Part shown: piece by piece, positions 38,751 to 49,990 of the stretch
Numbering within the stretch: position 1 is the first letter of the stretch
Layout of the letters: the number at the start of each line of letters is the position of its first letter
Source of the DNA: Candidatus Bathyarchaeia archaeon
GTDB taxonomy: Archaea > Thermoproteota > Bathyarchaeia > Bathyarchaeales > Bathycorpusculaceae
DNA: 64,000 bases
Direction: 5' to 3'
Assembly (NCBI GenBank): GCA_038727135.1
Contig: JAVYWL010000001.1
Span: forward strand, 544,001-608,000
The notes under the pieces: model-generated
What the model saw: only the letters and a program-made list of their open reading frames with translations
Database searches by the model: none
What the model was told of the DNA's origin: nothing
Translations under genes and position numbers: made by a program

Positions 38751-40070
38751 TCATGGCGTGAGCCTAAACTTGTCTCTGGGATAAAGCGTGACCTCGCGGA
38801 TGTTCTTCTTCCCCGTCAACATCATAGTAAGCCTCTCCAAACCAATAGCCCAACCAGCATGAGGTGGCATGCCATAATCAAAAGCCTGCAAATGATACTT
38901 GAAGGATTCTGGGTTTAACCCTTTCTCCTTCAACCGTTTCATCAGAAGCTCTTTTGAGGCGATTCTGGTTCCGCCAGAAGAAAGCTCAATCCAACGCCAC
39001 ATAAGATCAAATCCCTCACAGATTTCGGGATTATCATCCCTAGGCTTTATGTAGAAAGCCTTAGACCTTGTCGGCCAGTCTGTAATAAAGTAGAAGTATG
39101 GATGAATTTTGCCCAGTGTTCTGAAGGCCGGTGTTGGTATGTCCTCACCCCAAGGAATCTTTATGCCTTCCTTCTTCAGGTCTTCAAGTACTTGGTCATA
39201 GGTCAAGCGTTTAAATGGGATTTCAGGTACATCCACTTGATGATTTAAAGTTGCCAACTCCCTTTGACATTTTTCGCGGACAACTTTGCATGTGTGCTGC
39301 ATAAGCTGCTCCAACAACTGCATAACATCCTCAGCCGAGGCAAAAGCTTGCTCAATGTCTATTGAAACAAATTCGCTTAAGTGCCGTCTCGTATGGGACT
39401 CCTCAGCTCTGAAAAAGGGGCCTATTTCAAAGACTTTTTCGAGGCTCATGACCAACTGTTCCTTGTAAAGTTGGGGGCTTTGCGCGAGAAAAGCCTTCTT
39501 TTCGAAATAGTCCACTGGGAAAAGTGCTGCGCCACCTTCCGTGGCCGAGGCAATTATACGTGGAGTGTGAACTTCTATGAACCCTCTTTCGAAGAGGAAG
39601 CTGCGTATTGCCTCGACAGCTGTGTGCTGAATCTTAAAGATGGCTATGTTTTCTTCGCGGCAAAGGTCTAGTGCGCGGGCGTCAAGCCGAACCTCCAACT
39701 GGGCGGGTACTTTCCCTGTAATGTCAATCGGCAACTGCGCTGCTGCAGTGCTGAAAATTCTAATCTCCTTCGGTATAACTTCGACTCCTCTAGGTGTAAT
39801 CTCGGTTTTGTTTACAATCCCCTTCACGCCTATGCTATATCTTCTCTGCAAAACATCAGACTTCGATAAAACTTCGCCACTCACCTTCTTCCTTGGAATG
39901 GTTATCTGCACGGTGCCTTCGCGGTCCTGCAATATTATAAAGCGGATTCCGCCCAAATCCCTAATTTCTTGAACCCAGCCAAAAAGAGTGACCTCTTGCC
40001 CATCAAGTTCAGGTCGTACCTCAACAGAGTAGTGGGTTCTCCGCCAGTCCCCAATAGGGTCAAGTTTCAT
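38751..40070 (-). CDS. aspS: Aspartyl-tRNA synthetase (archaeal type)
   Basis: EIRDLGG, LAQSPQLYK, FRAEES, GMPPHAG, GLERL. Confidence 0.97.
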   Translation of the reverse strand: MKLDPIGDWRRTHYSVEVRPELDGQEVTLFGWVQEIRDLGGIRFIILQDREGTVQITIPRKKVSGEVLSKSDVLQRRYSIGVKGIVNKTEITPRGVEVIPKEIRIFSTAAAQLPIDITGKVPAQLEVRLDARALDLCREENIAIFKIQHTAVEAIRSFLFERGFIEVHTPRIIASATEGGAALFPVDYFEKKAFLAQSPQLYKEQLVMSLEKVFEIGPFFRAEESHTRRHLSEFVSIDIEQAFASAEDVMQLLEQLMQHTCKVVREKCQRELATLNHQVDVPEIPFKRLTYDQVLEDLKKEGIKIPWGEDIPTPAFRTLGKIHPYFYFITDWPTRSKAFYIKPRDDNPEICEGFDLMWRWIELSSGGTRIASKELLMKRLKEKGLNPESFKYHLQAFDYGMPPHAGWAIGLERLTMMLTGKKNIREVTLYPRDKFRLTP

Positions 40071-40083
40071 TGCTTCACGCCCG

Positions 40084-40611
40084 CTAGTCCGTAAACTCAA
40101 CACGCAACGTCATGTTGCGAACTTTACGGGCAATCTCCTTTAAAGCCCTTACATCGAAGGGTGGTTGCCTTCCACCCCTCTTCCTCAAAATAACACGAGT
40201 TTCAGTTGTTCCATCCGGAAGCCAAATAGTGTTTATGGTGACTATGCTTAAAGGTGCAAACAAGTCCTCCAAAAACTTTCTATCGTCAACTCCATACTCC
40301 AAAACCCTTATGGACTTTCCAGTCTTCTCCCCCAAAGCCTTAATTATTTTCCCACCATACCCGAGAAGGCGGGGGACATCCCCCTTACCAACAAGAATGG
40401 CTAAAGTTTTTCCAGCATCCACAGCCTTATAAAAATAAACATTCTGGAGGGAAGGATAAGTTTCCTCTAACGAAAGAAGTAAGCGGGCAATTTTCAAATC
40501 AAGCTCCGACACTTCGCCAGACTTAACCTTCTCTGAACACTTTTGGCATAAGATTCCACTCTTTAAGCAGAAACTACACAACACTGTCTTCACTAAGGGA
40601 ATGCCCTCCAC
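40084..40611 (-). CDS. NusA-like KH-domain protein with N-terminal Zn site
   Basis: C-x2-CLKSGILC-x2-C; G-GGKIIKAL. Confidence 0.8.
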   Translation of the reverse strand: MEGIPLVKTVLCSFCLKSGILCQKCSEKVKSGEVSELDLKIARLLLSLEETYPSLQNVYFYKAVDAGKTLAILVGKGDVPRLLGYGGKIIKALGEKTGKSIRVLEYGVDDRKFLEDLFAPLSIVTINTIWLPDGTTETRVILRKRGGRQPPFDVRALKEIARKVRNMTLRVEFTD

Positions 40612-40658
40612 AAATAAAGGAGGGGCGGCGGAGCTTTGGAAAGTTCAGCCGCAGCGTT

Positions 40659-40937
40659 TCAGCGTTCCAGCGTTATCTCGATGGTGCTGACGTTTGTAGG
40701 CGTGCCACCCTCTTCTCTGGGTGCCACCTGCTCAGTTCCGATACCTACTTTCTTAACTTTAACGTCTGGTAGGAATCGGCGCCTAACGACCTCAACGACG
40801 TCAACAGCTCGGCTTATGGCTCTCCCTCTTGCCTTAATATTTACCTCTTTTGCTCCGCCGTGGAAGAGGGTTATGCAAGCCAGTACATAGTTCATTACTG
40901 GCTTCTTCCCGATCAACACTGAGTTGCTTTCAGACAT
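40659..40937 (-). CDS. albA: Chromatin protein Alba
   Basis: [30 protein letters not shown]. Confidence 0.97.
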   Translation of the reverse strand: MSESNSVLIGKKPVMNYVLACITLFHGGAKEVNIKARGRAISRAVDVVEVVRRRFLPDVKVKKVGIGTEQVAPREEGGTPTNVSTIEITLER

Positions 40938-41150
40938 TTTGGACCGCCTCACTCCTTGTTTCCACTTTTTCTATGGCTTCATAACCATTTTTATCCATAA
41001 ATAAATACATTACGGTTTTAACTTCTACCGTAGCCTTAAAACCCACGCGTTCGAAAGCTAAACAAGATAAGAACTTGCTAAATGCTTAAATAACCCATAC
41101 TATTGTAAACACACTCTAACGCTGCAACGGCATTTAAGAAGTGTTAAAAC

Positions 41151-41609
41151 TTGGAAACATTAACAAGACGCTCAATCCAACTGCTCCGGATGCTATATGA
41201 AAAGGGAAAATCAACAAGCACATACACCCTGCACGCCAGACAAAGCGACCTAGCAAAAGAATTAGGCATAAGCAGACAAGCACTAAACCTCCACCTGAAA
41301 AAGCTCAGAGACCTAAACTACATAAGAACAGGAAGAGGATTCATAGACGTAACTGAAAAAGGATTAAACGCCTTAGGAATATCATCAGCACCAGCCTTCA
41401 TATTCATTAAGGTTTACCCGCCTAAAAGAAGCGAAGTCTACGAAAAAATTAGGGAAACAGTCGTGCAAAAAGCTTTTAGAGTTGCAGGCGACGTTGACGC
41501 CGTACTAATAGTTGAAAGGGATAAACTCCACGAAGTTTTAAGGAAACTGTCCGCAATTGAAGGCATAAAAGATACAAAATCCTACGTCGCGATAGAATCC
41601 ATAAAATGA
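41151..41609 (+). CDS. Lrp/AsnC-like transcriptional regulator
   Basis: QSDLAKELGISRQAL HTH; RVAGDVD C-terminal domain. Confidence 0.85.
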   Translation: METLTRRSIQLLRMLYEKGKSTSTYTLHARQSDLAKELGISRQALNLHLKKLRDLNYIRTGRGFIDVTEKGLNALGISSAPAFIFIKVYPPKRSEVYEKIRETVVQKAFRVAGDVDAVLIVERDKLHEVLRKLSAIEGIKDTKSYVAIESIK

Positions 41610-41628
41610 AACGTGAGGTATTTTAGAA

Positions 41629-42768
41629 ATGAAGCTTCTCGAATTTGAGGCGAAAAAGATACTTGCAAAATATAACATTCCAACACCAGAAGGTGAATTA
41701 GCCACAAACGAAGCCCAAGCTCGAGAAATAGCCTCAAAGCTTAACAAGCCCTTAGTTATAAAGGCGCAAGTTCCTGTTGCAGGAAGAGGAAAAGCCGGAG
41801 GAATACTTTTCGCAGACTCCATAGCTGAAGTGGAAGAGGCTGTGAGAAAACTACTGGGAATGCAAATTAAAGGTGTACCTGTCCGAAGCGTTTGGATTGA
41901 GGAGAAAATACAAGCCAAAAAAGAGCTTTATTTCGGCATGACAGTTGACAGATTCTCCAAAAGCTATGTCGCTATTGCGTCATCAGAAGGCGGAATGGAA
42001 ATAGAGGAGGTTGCCGCAAAAACGCCAGAAAAAGTCATAAAGTTACCCATAAACCCGCTGTATGGTTTTAGACCATACCACGCTAGGCAGATTGCAAAAC
42101 GCATGGGGTATTGTGGAAATCAGCTTTCAATGCTTGGAAACATCTTCCACAGTCTATACAGGGCCGGCATGGACTATGACGCTGAACTCATTGAAATGAA
42201 CCCCATAGTCGAAACTCCGGATGGAAACTTTGTTGCCGTTGACACCCGCATAATAATTGATGACAATGCCCTTTTCCGCCACCCAGAATTCAAAGAAAGA
42301 ATCTTGGAAGGCGAACTATCCCCGCAAGAAATTGAAGCAGCGAAAAACGATCTAGCCTATGTAAAACTTGACGGAGACATAGGCGTAATAGGCAACGGCG
42401 CCGGCTTAGTGATGGCAACACTAGACACCATACAACTTTACGGCGGAAAACCGGCAAACTTCCTAGACGTAGGCGGCGGAGCCCCCTCAGAAAAAATTGC
42501 AGCAGCACTAAAAATTGTGCTTTCAGACCCAAACGTCAAAGCTTTATTTATAAACATTTTAGGCGGGATAACCCGCTGCGACGAGGTCGCAAAAGGAGTT
42601 TTAGCCGCAAAAGAAAAACTGGGCATAGAAAAACCCTTGGTCATACGGCTTGTGGGAACAAACGAAGAAGAAGGAAAGCGAATACTAACCGAGGCGGGAA
42701 TACACGTGCTGGAAAGCATGGAGGAAGCAGCCCAGCGCGTAGTAGAAATAGTCAAAAGCGGGGCGTGA
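41629..42768 (+). CDS. sucC: Succinyl-CoA synthetase beta subunit
   Basis: KAQV--GRGKAGG, NGAGL, ANFLDVGGG, GGITRCD. Confidence 0.96.
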   Translation: MKLLEFEAKKILAKYNIPTPEGELATNEAQAREIASKLNKPLVIKAQVPVAGRGKAGGILFADSIAEVEEAVRKLLGMQIKGVPVRSVWIEEKIQAKKELYFGMTVDRFSKSYVAIASSEGGMEIEEVAAKTPEKVIKLPINPLYGFRPYHARQIAKRMGYCGNQLSMLGNIFHSLYRAGMDYDAELIEMNPIVETPDGNFVAVDTRIIIDDNALFRHPEFKERILEGELSPQEIEAAKNDLAYVKLDGDIGVIGNGAGLVMATLDTIQLYGGKPANFLDVGGGAPSEKIAAALKIVLSDPNVKALFINILGGITRCDEVAKGVLAAKEKLGIEKPLVIRLVGTNEEEGKRILTEAGIHVLESMEEAAQRVVEIVKSGA

Positions 42769-42771
42769 AAA

Positions 42772-43647
42772 TTGGGAATAATAGTCGGCGAAAATACTAG
42801 GGCTATAGTTCAAGGCATAACCGGGGCACAAGGAAGCTTCCACACAAAACTCATGCTGGAATACGGAACACAAATAGTTGCGGGTGTAACACCAGGAAAG
42901 GGTGGAACAAAAGTCCACGAAGTCCCTGTATACGACACTGTTGAAGAGGCTCTGGAGCATCATCAAGCTAACGCTTCAATAATATTTGTTCCAGCACCTT
43001 TTGCGGCGGACGCTGCATTAGAAGCCCTAGAAAACGGAATAAAAACAGTTGTCATAATCACCGAGCACATCCCAATAAAGGACGCCATAAATGTCATGGC
43101 TTACGCTAAACAAGTCAACGCAACAATAATAGGGCCAAACACTCCGGGAATAATAACGCCTGGCGAATGTAAACTTGGGATAATGCCAGCCCACATCTTC
43201 AAACCTGGAAGCATAGGCATGATTTCAAGAAGCGGAACATTAACATACGAAATAGCCGCCAGCCTAACCAAAAAACAGATGGGGCAATCAACATGCATAG
43301 GCTTGGGCGGAGACCCAATTGTCGGCTTAAACTTCATAGACGTCTTAAAACTTTTTGAAAAAGACTCTCAAACAGAAGGCATAGCCCTCATAGGAGAAAT
43401 AGGCGGAAACCTCGAAGAACTCGCCGCAGAATACATAGCCAAAGAGAAATACCCAAAACCAGTTGTAGCTTTCATAGCTGGGCGTTCAGCTCCGCCTGGA
43501 AAACGCATGGGACACGCTGGCGCAATAATAATGGGCAAGGCTGGAACAGCCCAAAGCAAAATAGAGGCTTTTAGAAAGGCTGGCGTTGAAGTGGCTGAAA
43601 AACCCAGCGAAGTTGCCACATTACTTGAAAGGCTGGTAAAACGTTGA
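42772..43647 (+). CDS. sucD: Succinyl-CoA synthetase alpha subunit
   Basis: [27 protein letters not shown]. Confidence 0.96.
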   Translation: MGIIVGENTRAIVQGITGAQGSFHTKLMLEYGTQIVAGVTPGKGGTKVHEVPVYDTVEEALEHHQANASIIFVPAPFAADAALEALENGIKTVVIITEHIPIKDAINVMAYAKQVNATIIGPNTPGIITPGECKLGIMPAHIFKPGSIGMISRSGTLTYEIAASLTKKQMGQSTCIGLGGDPIVGLNFIDVLKLFEKDSQTEGIALIGEIGGNLEELAAEYIAKEKYPKPVVAFIAGRSAPPGKRMGHAGAIIMGKAGTAQSKIEAFRKAGVEVAEKPSEVATLLERLVKR

Positions 43648-43737
43648 GTTTTTATTCAGCGTAGGTTGAGCAGATGGCAAAAAGTATATCTGGACGGTTT
43701 TCTGTTTGTTGTAACAACTTCAGGCGGGTTTAAGAAA

Positions 43738-43899
43738 ATGCCAATAATGGATCCGTTTAAAAAAACTCTGGCTCAACAGCGTAGGCTTTACGTTAAAATC
43801 TGTAGAGAGTGTGGCGCCAGAAACGCCACAACAGCAGTTAAATGTCGAAAATGCCGCAGCAAAAACCTCAGATGGAAGAAACGGGAAATAATCAAGTAA
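43738..43899 (+). CDS. rpl40e: 50S ribosomal protein L40e
   Basis: KICRECGARN...KCRKC-S-NLR-K. Confidence 0.95.
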   Translation: MPIMDPFKKTLAQQRRLYVKICRECGARNATTAVKCRKCRSKNLRWKKREIIK

Positions 43900-44107
43900 C
43901 ACTTATCTTAAAATTCTCCAGCAAATTTCATCCATAATTTACACAAAGAATGATAAAAATTATATAATTCCAGATCGCTCTTTAATTTCTTGCTGGTTTT
44001 GAGGTGCAAATTGTTGGCTTGCAAGAAGAAAACAACTAAGAAGAAGGCTAAGGAAGAAAAGAAGTGAAAGGACACTGCCCGCCTAAAATAACCCACATTT
44101 TTCTCTC

Positions 44108-44722
44108 TTAAAGTATTTGCATTAGGGTTTCAATGTTAAAGAACGTGTTTGCACAGCCATTTCTAAGCAGAGGAACAGCTTGACCAGCAACATTCATCTT
44201 TGATAATGCTTCCGCAGCCAGCTTCACCTCCTCGCCACAAGCAACTCCCACAACGCCATCATAACGTTTAACCTTCAAAATCTTGTAAATGCACGAACCG
44301 CCCGGTATAACGTACACATCATATCCCCTTTTCTTAGCTATTGAAACCGCCTTATTAATCAGACAATCGGAGGAGCAGTGGACGCAAATGTATGAGGGGA
44401 TGCTCGGCTCAAATTTTGCCTTGCATCTATTATCCATATACTTTCTGGAACAGTGGGGCAAGAACAACGCCCTTTTCTTAGCTTTTTTAAACTTTTCCTT
44501 CTCGAGAAGGTTTTTGGCCTCCAAATCAACAAAGTCCTCTAAGAGCTGAATAGCGTCGGAAAAGCTTAATCCGGTTGCCTCTTGAATCTTGAACTTTCTA
44601 ATAATATCCTGCAGAGCACTGCCAACCTTTTTGTGCATCCTCTTCTCATAAACAATTCTGGCTATCTCTGCAAAGAAAAAGCGTGGAACTTTTGAAATGT
44701 CAAACGTGAATTTGTATGGCAT
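44108..44722 (-). CDS. DUF116 family protein
   Basis: LFLPHC, C-x2-C-x3-C, PGGS, GVAC, GC. Confidence 0.85.
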   Translation of the reverse strand: MPYKFTFDISKVPRFFFAEIARIVYEKRMHKKVGSALQDIIRKFKIQEATGLSFSDAIQLLEDFVDLEAKNLLEKEKFKKAKKRALFLPHCSRKYMDNRCKAKFEPSIPSYICVHCSSDCLINKAVSIAKKRGYDVYVIPGGSCIYKILKVKRYDGVVGVACGEEVKLAAEALSKMNVAGQAVPLLRNGCANTFFNIETLMQIL

Positions 44723-44819
44723 AAGGCACATATACACAGACAAACCTTTAAAGCTAATCATTGTATAAATGAATAATCACGTTGAAAACTTAATGGGCAA
44801 TGGCTAATGGAGGAAAATT

Positions 44820-45224
44820 ATGGGTTTACTGGATATCTTTAGGAGAAAAAAGAAAGAGGAAGCAAAAATAACAGTCGAAACTAAACAAATGACAGAACTT
44901 GAACAACTTTGCGGGGACGATAAGGAAACCTATGAGGCTCTGGCTAACGTAATGTTCCTTGACCCCAGAAAAATAGGCATCTCCATGGAAGAAGCAGCAG
45001 AAAATGCCAAAAAATTCGAGAAGGAAAAAGATTTCACCAGAGCGAGGCTTTGGTACCAAATTGCTGGAGGACTGGCGATCTATGAAGGCAACGTCAAAAA
45101 AGTTGTCGAATACTTTGGCAAATGCGAAAAACTTTCTCCCGGAACAAGTTATCCTATTCTGAAAAATCCGGAGAGGGCTGTAGCTAAGGCTCAAGAATAT
45201 TACAAAAAGTTTTTGCAGTCTTAA
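44820..45224 (+). CDS. Hypothetical helical protein
   Basis: Clean ORF with GGAGG SD. Confidence 0.7.
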   Translation: MGLLDIFRRKKKEEAKITVETKQMTELEQLCGDDKETYEALANVMFLDPRKIGISMEEAAENAKKFEKEKDFTRARLWYQIAGGLAIYEGNVKKVVEYFGKCEKLSPGTSYPILKNPERAVAKAQEYYKKFLQS

Positions 45225-45261
45225 ACTGAACTCGGAGTGCTATTTTAATTCACTTTTATTT

Positions 45262-45678
45262 CTATTTCTCTTCCGTGTAACCCAGAAGCTCTCTTAGAGA
45301 TTTCACTTCCTCTCTGAGCATATTCACTTCGCTTTCAAGCGCGCTGACTCTTGACTCCGCCGCCTTCTTCAATTTTTCAATTTCTATCATGAGGTTTGCG
45401 CGTTCCGTTTCCAGAGTTTTTATTTTTTCCCGCAAGTTCTTCAAAGTTTGCATAAGTTCACCCTTAATGACTTTAATTCTTTCAACCATGTTTTTAATAC
45501 TTACTGTCTCTTCAACTCTCGCTTCAGATTCGACAGCCGCCCTAAATCTAGCCTTACAACTAGGACATTCGAAAATTCCCATGAGTTTCGGTGCGCCTTC
45601 CTCTGGTTTTCGTGGAGAAATAGACCATGTCTTAACGGGGGCAGCCACTTCCCCTCCGCATTTAGGACATTTAACCAA
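45262..45678 (-). CDS. Cren7-like zinc-ribbon domain fused to a coiled coil
   Basis: PVKTWSISPRK...MGIFECPSCKARFR; heptad C-terminal half. Confidence 0.65.
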   Translation of the reverse strand: MVKCPKCGGEVAAPVKTWSISPRKPEEGAPKLMGIFECPSCKARFRAAVESEARVEETVSIKNMVERIKVIKGELMQTLKNLREKIKTLETERANLMIEIEKLKKAAESRVSALESEVNMLREEVKSLRELLGYTEEK

Positions 45679-45779
45679 ACTACAACCCTACTATAAATTT
45701 GTCTCTAAGAGACTAAAATGTGTTTTGTAGCAAATTATTAATTCACAGAGACACCAATACATTAAATTGGTGGTATAAA

Positions 45780-46082
45780 ATGAGGGTTGCCGAAATGAAA
45801 GCAAAATTGGAGGAGAAGATTAGGGCGCTGGAGGAAGAGAGGCAAACACTTTTAGAGGAGAGAGACAAGCTTAAGGAACTTTTAGAGTTAAGCGAAAAAG
45901 CCAAAACTTTAGAGGCGGAAGTTAACAAGCTTAAAGAAGAAATTAAAGGTTTAAGGAATAAAATCCCCGAAGATATCCTGGAAGAGCTGAGCAGAACTGT
46001 TCCCAAAATTTTAAGCGGCGAGGGGGAAAAAGAGGAAGTGGAGGAATGCTGCCAAAAAGAAGAGGAAGAGGAGCTCTTCTGA
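45780..46082 (+). CDS. Acidic coiled-coil protein
   Basis: Continuous heptads, poly-Glu tail. Confidence 0.7.
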   Translation: MRVAEMKAKLEEKIRALEEERQTLLEERDKLKELLELSEKAKTLEAEVNKLKEEIKGLRNKIPEDILEELSRTVPKILSGEGEKEEVEECCQKEEEEELF

Positions 46083-46100
46083 AGGCTCTCCTCTTTAGCG

Positions 46101-47060
46101 TTAGAGGCTCATCTGGAACATTAATCGTTCTACAAGCTCTTTATAGCGGTTCCTAATTGTAACTTCTGTTACTTGAGCTATTTCAGCAATCTCTCTCTGG
46201 GTCTTCCTTTCTCCGGTAAGCACCGAGGCTATGTAGCTTGCTGCTGCCGCAATTCCCGTTGGGCCTCTTCCAGACGTCAGTTTTAGCTCCTTTGCAGCCG
46301 CCAAGATTTTGTGAGCTATCTCCTCAACTTTGCCTTGCATTGTCAGCTGATTTGAGAACTTAGTTATGTATTGGCTTGGTTTTAAAGGTGGAATAAAATA
46401 GTTCAGCTCTTTTATTAAGAAGCGGTAACTGCGCCCCACCTCTTTCTTGTTCACATTTGATGCTTGGGCTATCTCTTCCAGTGTTCTAGGCAAGCCGCAC
46501 TGTCTACAGGCTAAGTAAATTGCAGCTGACGTAACACCTTGAATCGACCTACCCCTTATGAGCCTCTCTTTAACTGCCTTTCTGTAGATTAGAGATGCTG
46601 TTTCCAAAATATTCTTTGGGAGATTCAAATTGTTAGCAATTTTTGTTATTTCAGAAAGCGCAAAGGCAAGGTTTCGTTCGGTAGCATCTGAAACCCTTAT
46701 TCGCCTTTGCCACTTTCTAAGACGGTAAACTTGGGCTTTTTGTCCTGGGGATAAGCCTTTACCATAAATGTCCCTGTCATGCCAGTCAATCATGGTTGAC
46801 AAGCCTTTATCATGAATAGTATATGTGAGAGGGGCACCAACTCTTGTTCTTTTGGCTCTTTGCTCATCGTCAAATGCCCTCCATTCAGGTCCCCTATCGG
46901 CTATTTTCGCGGCTATAACGTAGCCACAGTCCATACAAACCAGTTCTGCGCATTCGTAATCACGCATCAATCTTGTGCTGCCACATTCAGGGCACGACTG
47001 CACTTTGGCCTGCTGAGTAGTTGATGTTGGGCTTGCATCCCCAACATCCGCATCATCCAT
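46101..47060 (-). CDS. tfb: Transcription initiation factor B
   Basis: CPECG Zn ribbon, GPEWRAF, two cyclin repeats, [12 protein letters not shown]. Confidence 0.98.
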   Translation of the reverse strand: MDDADVGDASPTSTTQQAKVQSCPECGSTRLMRDYECAELVCMDCGYVIAAKIADRGPEWRAFDDEQRAKRTRVGAPLTYTIHDKGLSTMIDWHDRDIYGKGLSPGQKAQVYRLRKWQRRIRVSDATERNLAFALSEITKIANNLNLPKNILETASLIYRKAVKERLIRGRSIQGVTSAAIYLACRQCGLPRTLEEIAQASNVNKKEVGRSYRFLIKELNYFIPPLKPSQYITKFSNQLTMQGKVEEIAHKILAAAKELKLTSGRGPTGIAAAASYIASVLTGERKTQREIAEIAQVTEVTIRNRYKELVERLMFQMSL

Positions 47061-47309
47061 TTATTTTCTCTCCTTTCCCTTTTTCGAGGGGAGAACATAC
47101 AACATCTTATTGACCAAAACTTCAGGCTTGGCGATTTTTGGTTTAACAGCCACATAAGGTGAAGAAACAGGACCGAAAATGTCGAAGACATCGCCAACAT
47201 GCCTTAAATCTTCATCAACCACCGTTTCGCCTATTTTTGGAGTGTTTTCGACCTTAACTATAACATTCTTGTTTGGACTTATATGGAGTACTCGACCTAG
47301 CCTAATCAA
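47061..47309 (-). CDS. gar1: H/ACA RNP protein Gar1
   Basis: G-V-DIFGPVSSPYVAVK; upstream of tfb; TTG start tentative. Confidence 0.9.
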   Translation of the reverse strand: MIRLGRVLHISPNKNVIVKVENTPKIGETVVDEDLRHVGDVFDIFGPVSSPYVAVKPKIAKPEVLVNKMLYVLPSKKGKERK

Positions 47310-47467
47310 CCCTTGATATTCCCCTCGAAAAACAAAAAGGTTCAAACGTGACATGTTATTTAAACCTTTCTACGTTACCTTGCGTATAGAGAGTTTTCGC
47401 CAGGTTCAGTCGAAACATTCATAAATGGGTGTTGTTGATTAAACTGTGCATTTGAAGGGTGAGGCTT

Positions 47468-47848
47468 ATGTCAAAACCGTTCTATGTAAAATTTGAGGTT
47501 CCGAAGGAAGTTGCAGATGCGGCCTATGAAGCCCTACAAATAGCCGCAAAAACTGGAACTGTGAGAAAGGGAACAAACGAGACGACTAAGGCTGTTGAAA
47601 GGGGGCAGGCAAAGCTTGTGGTTATAGCTGAAGATGTTGATCCGCCAGAGGTTGTAGCTCATCTGCCGCTTCTCTGTGAAGAGAGGAAAATTCCATATGT
47701 TTATGTTCCAAGCAAGGAAAAACTGGGAGATGCCGTTGGGATAGATGTTTCGGCAGCATCTGCATGCATAATCAACGAGGGAGACGCTGGGGGCCTCGTT
47801 AAAGAGATAGTTAAAAGAATTGAACAGATCAGGAAAGGAGCCAAGTAA
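47468..47848 (+). CDS. rpl7ae: 50S ribosomal protein L7Ae
   Basis: [21 protein letters not shown]. Confidence 0.98.
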   Translation: MSKPFYVKFEVPKEVADAAYEALQIAAKTGTVRKGTNETTKAVERGQAKLVVIAEDVDPPEVVAHLPLLCEERKIPYVYVPSKEKLGDAVGIDVSAASACIINEGDAGGLVKEIVKRIEQIRKGAK

Positions 47849-48075
47849 TGAGCAAGGAGAAAGAAGCAGCTGAAGAGGAACTTACACCAGCAGAAGTCAT
47901 TCAGATAATTGGAAGAACAGGCGTGACTGGCGAAATCACTCAAGTTAGAGTCCGAATTTTAGAAGGAAAGGATAAAGGCCGGATAATAACGCGGAATGTG
48001 AAAGGACCTGTGCGAGTGCAAGATATTCTAATGCTAAGGGAAACTGAGAGGGAAGCAAAGAAGATAACAAGATAG
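47848..48075 (+). CDS. rps28e: 30S ribosomal protein S28e
   Basis: [21 protein letters not shown]. Confidence 0.97.
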   Translation: MSKEKEAAEEELTPAEVIQIIGRTGVTGEITQVRVRILEGKDKGRIITRNVKGPVRVQDILMLRETEREAKKITR

Positions 48076-48103
48076 GCAAGCTAAACGTTTGGAGGCGCTA
48101 CTT

Positions 48104-48301
48104 TTGCCAAAACTTAGGAAATGCTCATTTTGCGGCAATGAATTCCCGCCCGGTACGGGAATGATGTACGTTAAAAATGATGGGACAATTTTCTGGTTCT
48201 GTTCAAGCAAATGCAGGAAAAGCTCTCTGAAGCTCAAGAGAGATGCTCGTAAGCTTAAGTGGACAACATACTTTGGCAAGGAAGAAAAGGGCAAAGCCTA
48301 G
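48104..48301 (+). CDS. rpl24e: 50S ribosomal protein L24e
   Basis: CSFCG, PGTG, FCSSKC, LKWT. Confidence 0.97.
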   Translation: MPKLRKCSFCGNEFPPGTGMMYVKNDGTIFWFCSSKCRKSSLKLKRDARKLKWTTYFGKEEKGKA

Positions 48302-48303
48302 CT

Positions 48304-49830
48304 CTACCGCTTTAATGCGACTATTTTTTCCCATAAAGCCTTGTTATGGATACATCCAATGTCCGGCGCCTTCACGTTTCCGTTGAAATAGCTGTAGGCT
48401 CTTGCTCTACAACCCCCACAAATGTATTTGTCCGGGCAGACACCGCAACCTACCTCTTTTCTATCTACAATGTAGGTTTCAAGGTTTTCTCTGGTTCTCA
48501 GTTGCCATAGCAGTGGGTCGTTATCCCAGATCTCCTCAAAATTGTCTTTCAATATGTTCCCTAAAACAGTGTTTTTATTTGTTGGGAAGAATACGCATGG
48601 TTTTATGTCTCCACTCGGCTCAATAGCACAGTATAGCCGTCCGGCTCCACATCCACCTAGAAAATTGGCAACATTTTCCACACCTTTTTTTGCGGCATAA
48701 TGGGCTTCAACCATGAATTTGTGCCCCATCTGTTGGGATAACTCTTTAGTAACACTTGCGTACTGGGGGCATGTGCTGAAAAATCTGTCAACCTTAATAT
48801 TTGATTTTCCAGTTTTCATCTCTTCCTCCTTCGCTTGCAGGTATAAGGTGATTATTTCCTTGCCTATGGCATGTAAAACGTGAAGACGCTGGTCGGGTGT
48901 CAGGTCTAGTTCTATGTGTTCTTTTGCTCTTCCTGTCGGGATGTAGTTGAAGTGCATGAAGCGTACGCCCAGTTCTTTGGCTAGCTGTAGAATTTTCTCT
49001 GTTTCGGCTATGTTATCTCTATGAAGGACCGTTGCGATGCATGTGTCTATGCCCTCTTCGATGCAGTTTTTTACGCCTTGTATTGCCTTTTCAAAGGCTC
49101 CTGGTATGCCCCTAAACTCGTCGTGTACGAGTGGTGATGCGCCGTCTATGCTTATTTCCACATAATCCACCCCAGCGTCCTTGACTTTTTTGGCATTATC
49201 TTTTGTGAGCAGTGTTCCGTTTGAAGCGATACTGATGTAGGGTATGCGCTTTTTAGCGTAAGCTGCCAGTTCGAAAAAGTCTTTTCTTGCGAGGGGTTCT
49301 CCACCGCTGAAGGATAAGGCTGGCAATCCAATACCAGCGATTTTTGAAAGTATGTCTATGACCTGTTTTGCCTCGTCTGTAGATAGTTCTGGGAGCTTGC
49401 CGGCGCCCGCGTCTTCATAACAGTGTTTACATCGTAAATTGCATTTGTATGTGAAGTTCCAGACTATTTCGAAAGGTCCGGCTGGCACGAAGGGCACGCG
49501 TATACCGTATTTTCTTATGCCTCTCATCATCAAGCCGAAGCCTTTAAACCATGCTCCTCCATATTTGTCCTTAACGAACTGTTTTCTCATGAAGTTTTTA
49601 TCGGCTTTTAGGAGGCGGCTTCCAATCTTATAAAAAGGTTTGGCGATGTGGCGGCTTATGTGTTGACATGTAGGGCAAAGAGAAACGGGTTCGCCTAGAA
49701 ACTCTTTGAGGGAGTTTAGGAGGAGGTTTCCATCTGCTGGACATGTTATGTCAAAGCGGCTGATAAACTCTTTAAGCAGAGGGTTTACGGTAATTGAGAA
49801 TAAGGCGTTTTCAATGGCGTCAATTTGCAT
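48304..49830 (-). CDS. Radical SAM protein with SPASM domain and N-terminal extension
   Basis: CNLRCKHC, SGGEP, GCGAG...IKPC...C-x2-C-x5-CGGCRARA. Confidence 0.92.
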   Translation of the reverse strand: MQIDAIENALFSITVNPLLKEFISRFDITCPADGNLLLNSLKEFLGEPVSLCPTCQHISRHIAKPFYKIGSRLLKADKNFMRKQFVKDKYGGAWFKGFGLMMRGIRKYGIRVPFVPAGPFEIVWNFTYKCNLRCKHCYEDAGAGKLPELSTDEAKQVIDILSKIAGIGLPALSFSGGEPLARKDFFELAAYAKKRIPYISIASNGTLLTKDNAKKVKDAGVDYVEISIDGASPLVHDEFRGIPGAFEKAIQGVKNCIEEGIDTCIATVLHRDNIAETEKILQLAKELGVRFMHFNYIPTGRAKEHIELDLTPDQRLHVLHAIGKEIITLYLQAKEEEMKTGKSNIKVDRFFSTCPQYASVTKELSQQMGHKFMVEAHYAAKKGVENVANFLGGCGAGRLYCAIEPSGDIKPCVFFPTNKNTVLGNILKDNFEEIWDNDPLLWQLRTRENLETYIVDRKEVGCGVCPDKYICGGCRARAYSYFNGNVKAPDIGCIHNKALWEKIVALKR

Positions 49831-49990
49831 AGCCTTTCACTTTAAGCTATGTATTCCAAGGACATGCCGCTTATAATTTTTCCCCCAGCCCTTCATAGCT
49901 TTACACGTTATATCGGTTTATGAAACATTTCAAGCAGCGAAAGAACTGATTTATTAAGATACACTATAACATCTTTCCGGTGAAAATTAA

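Noticed and set aside
43908-44096. 62-aa minus-strand ORF in an AT-rich gap
   Set aside because: No motif, low-complexity composition; likely intergenic.
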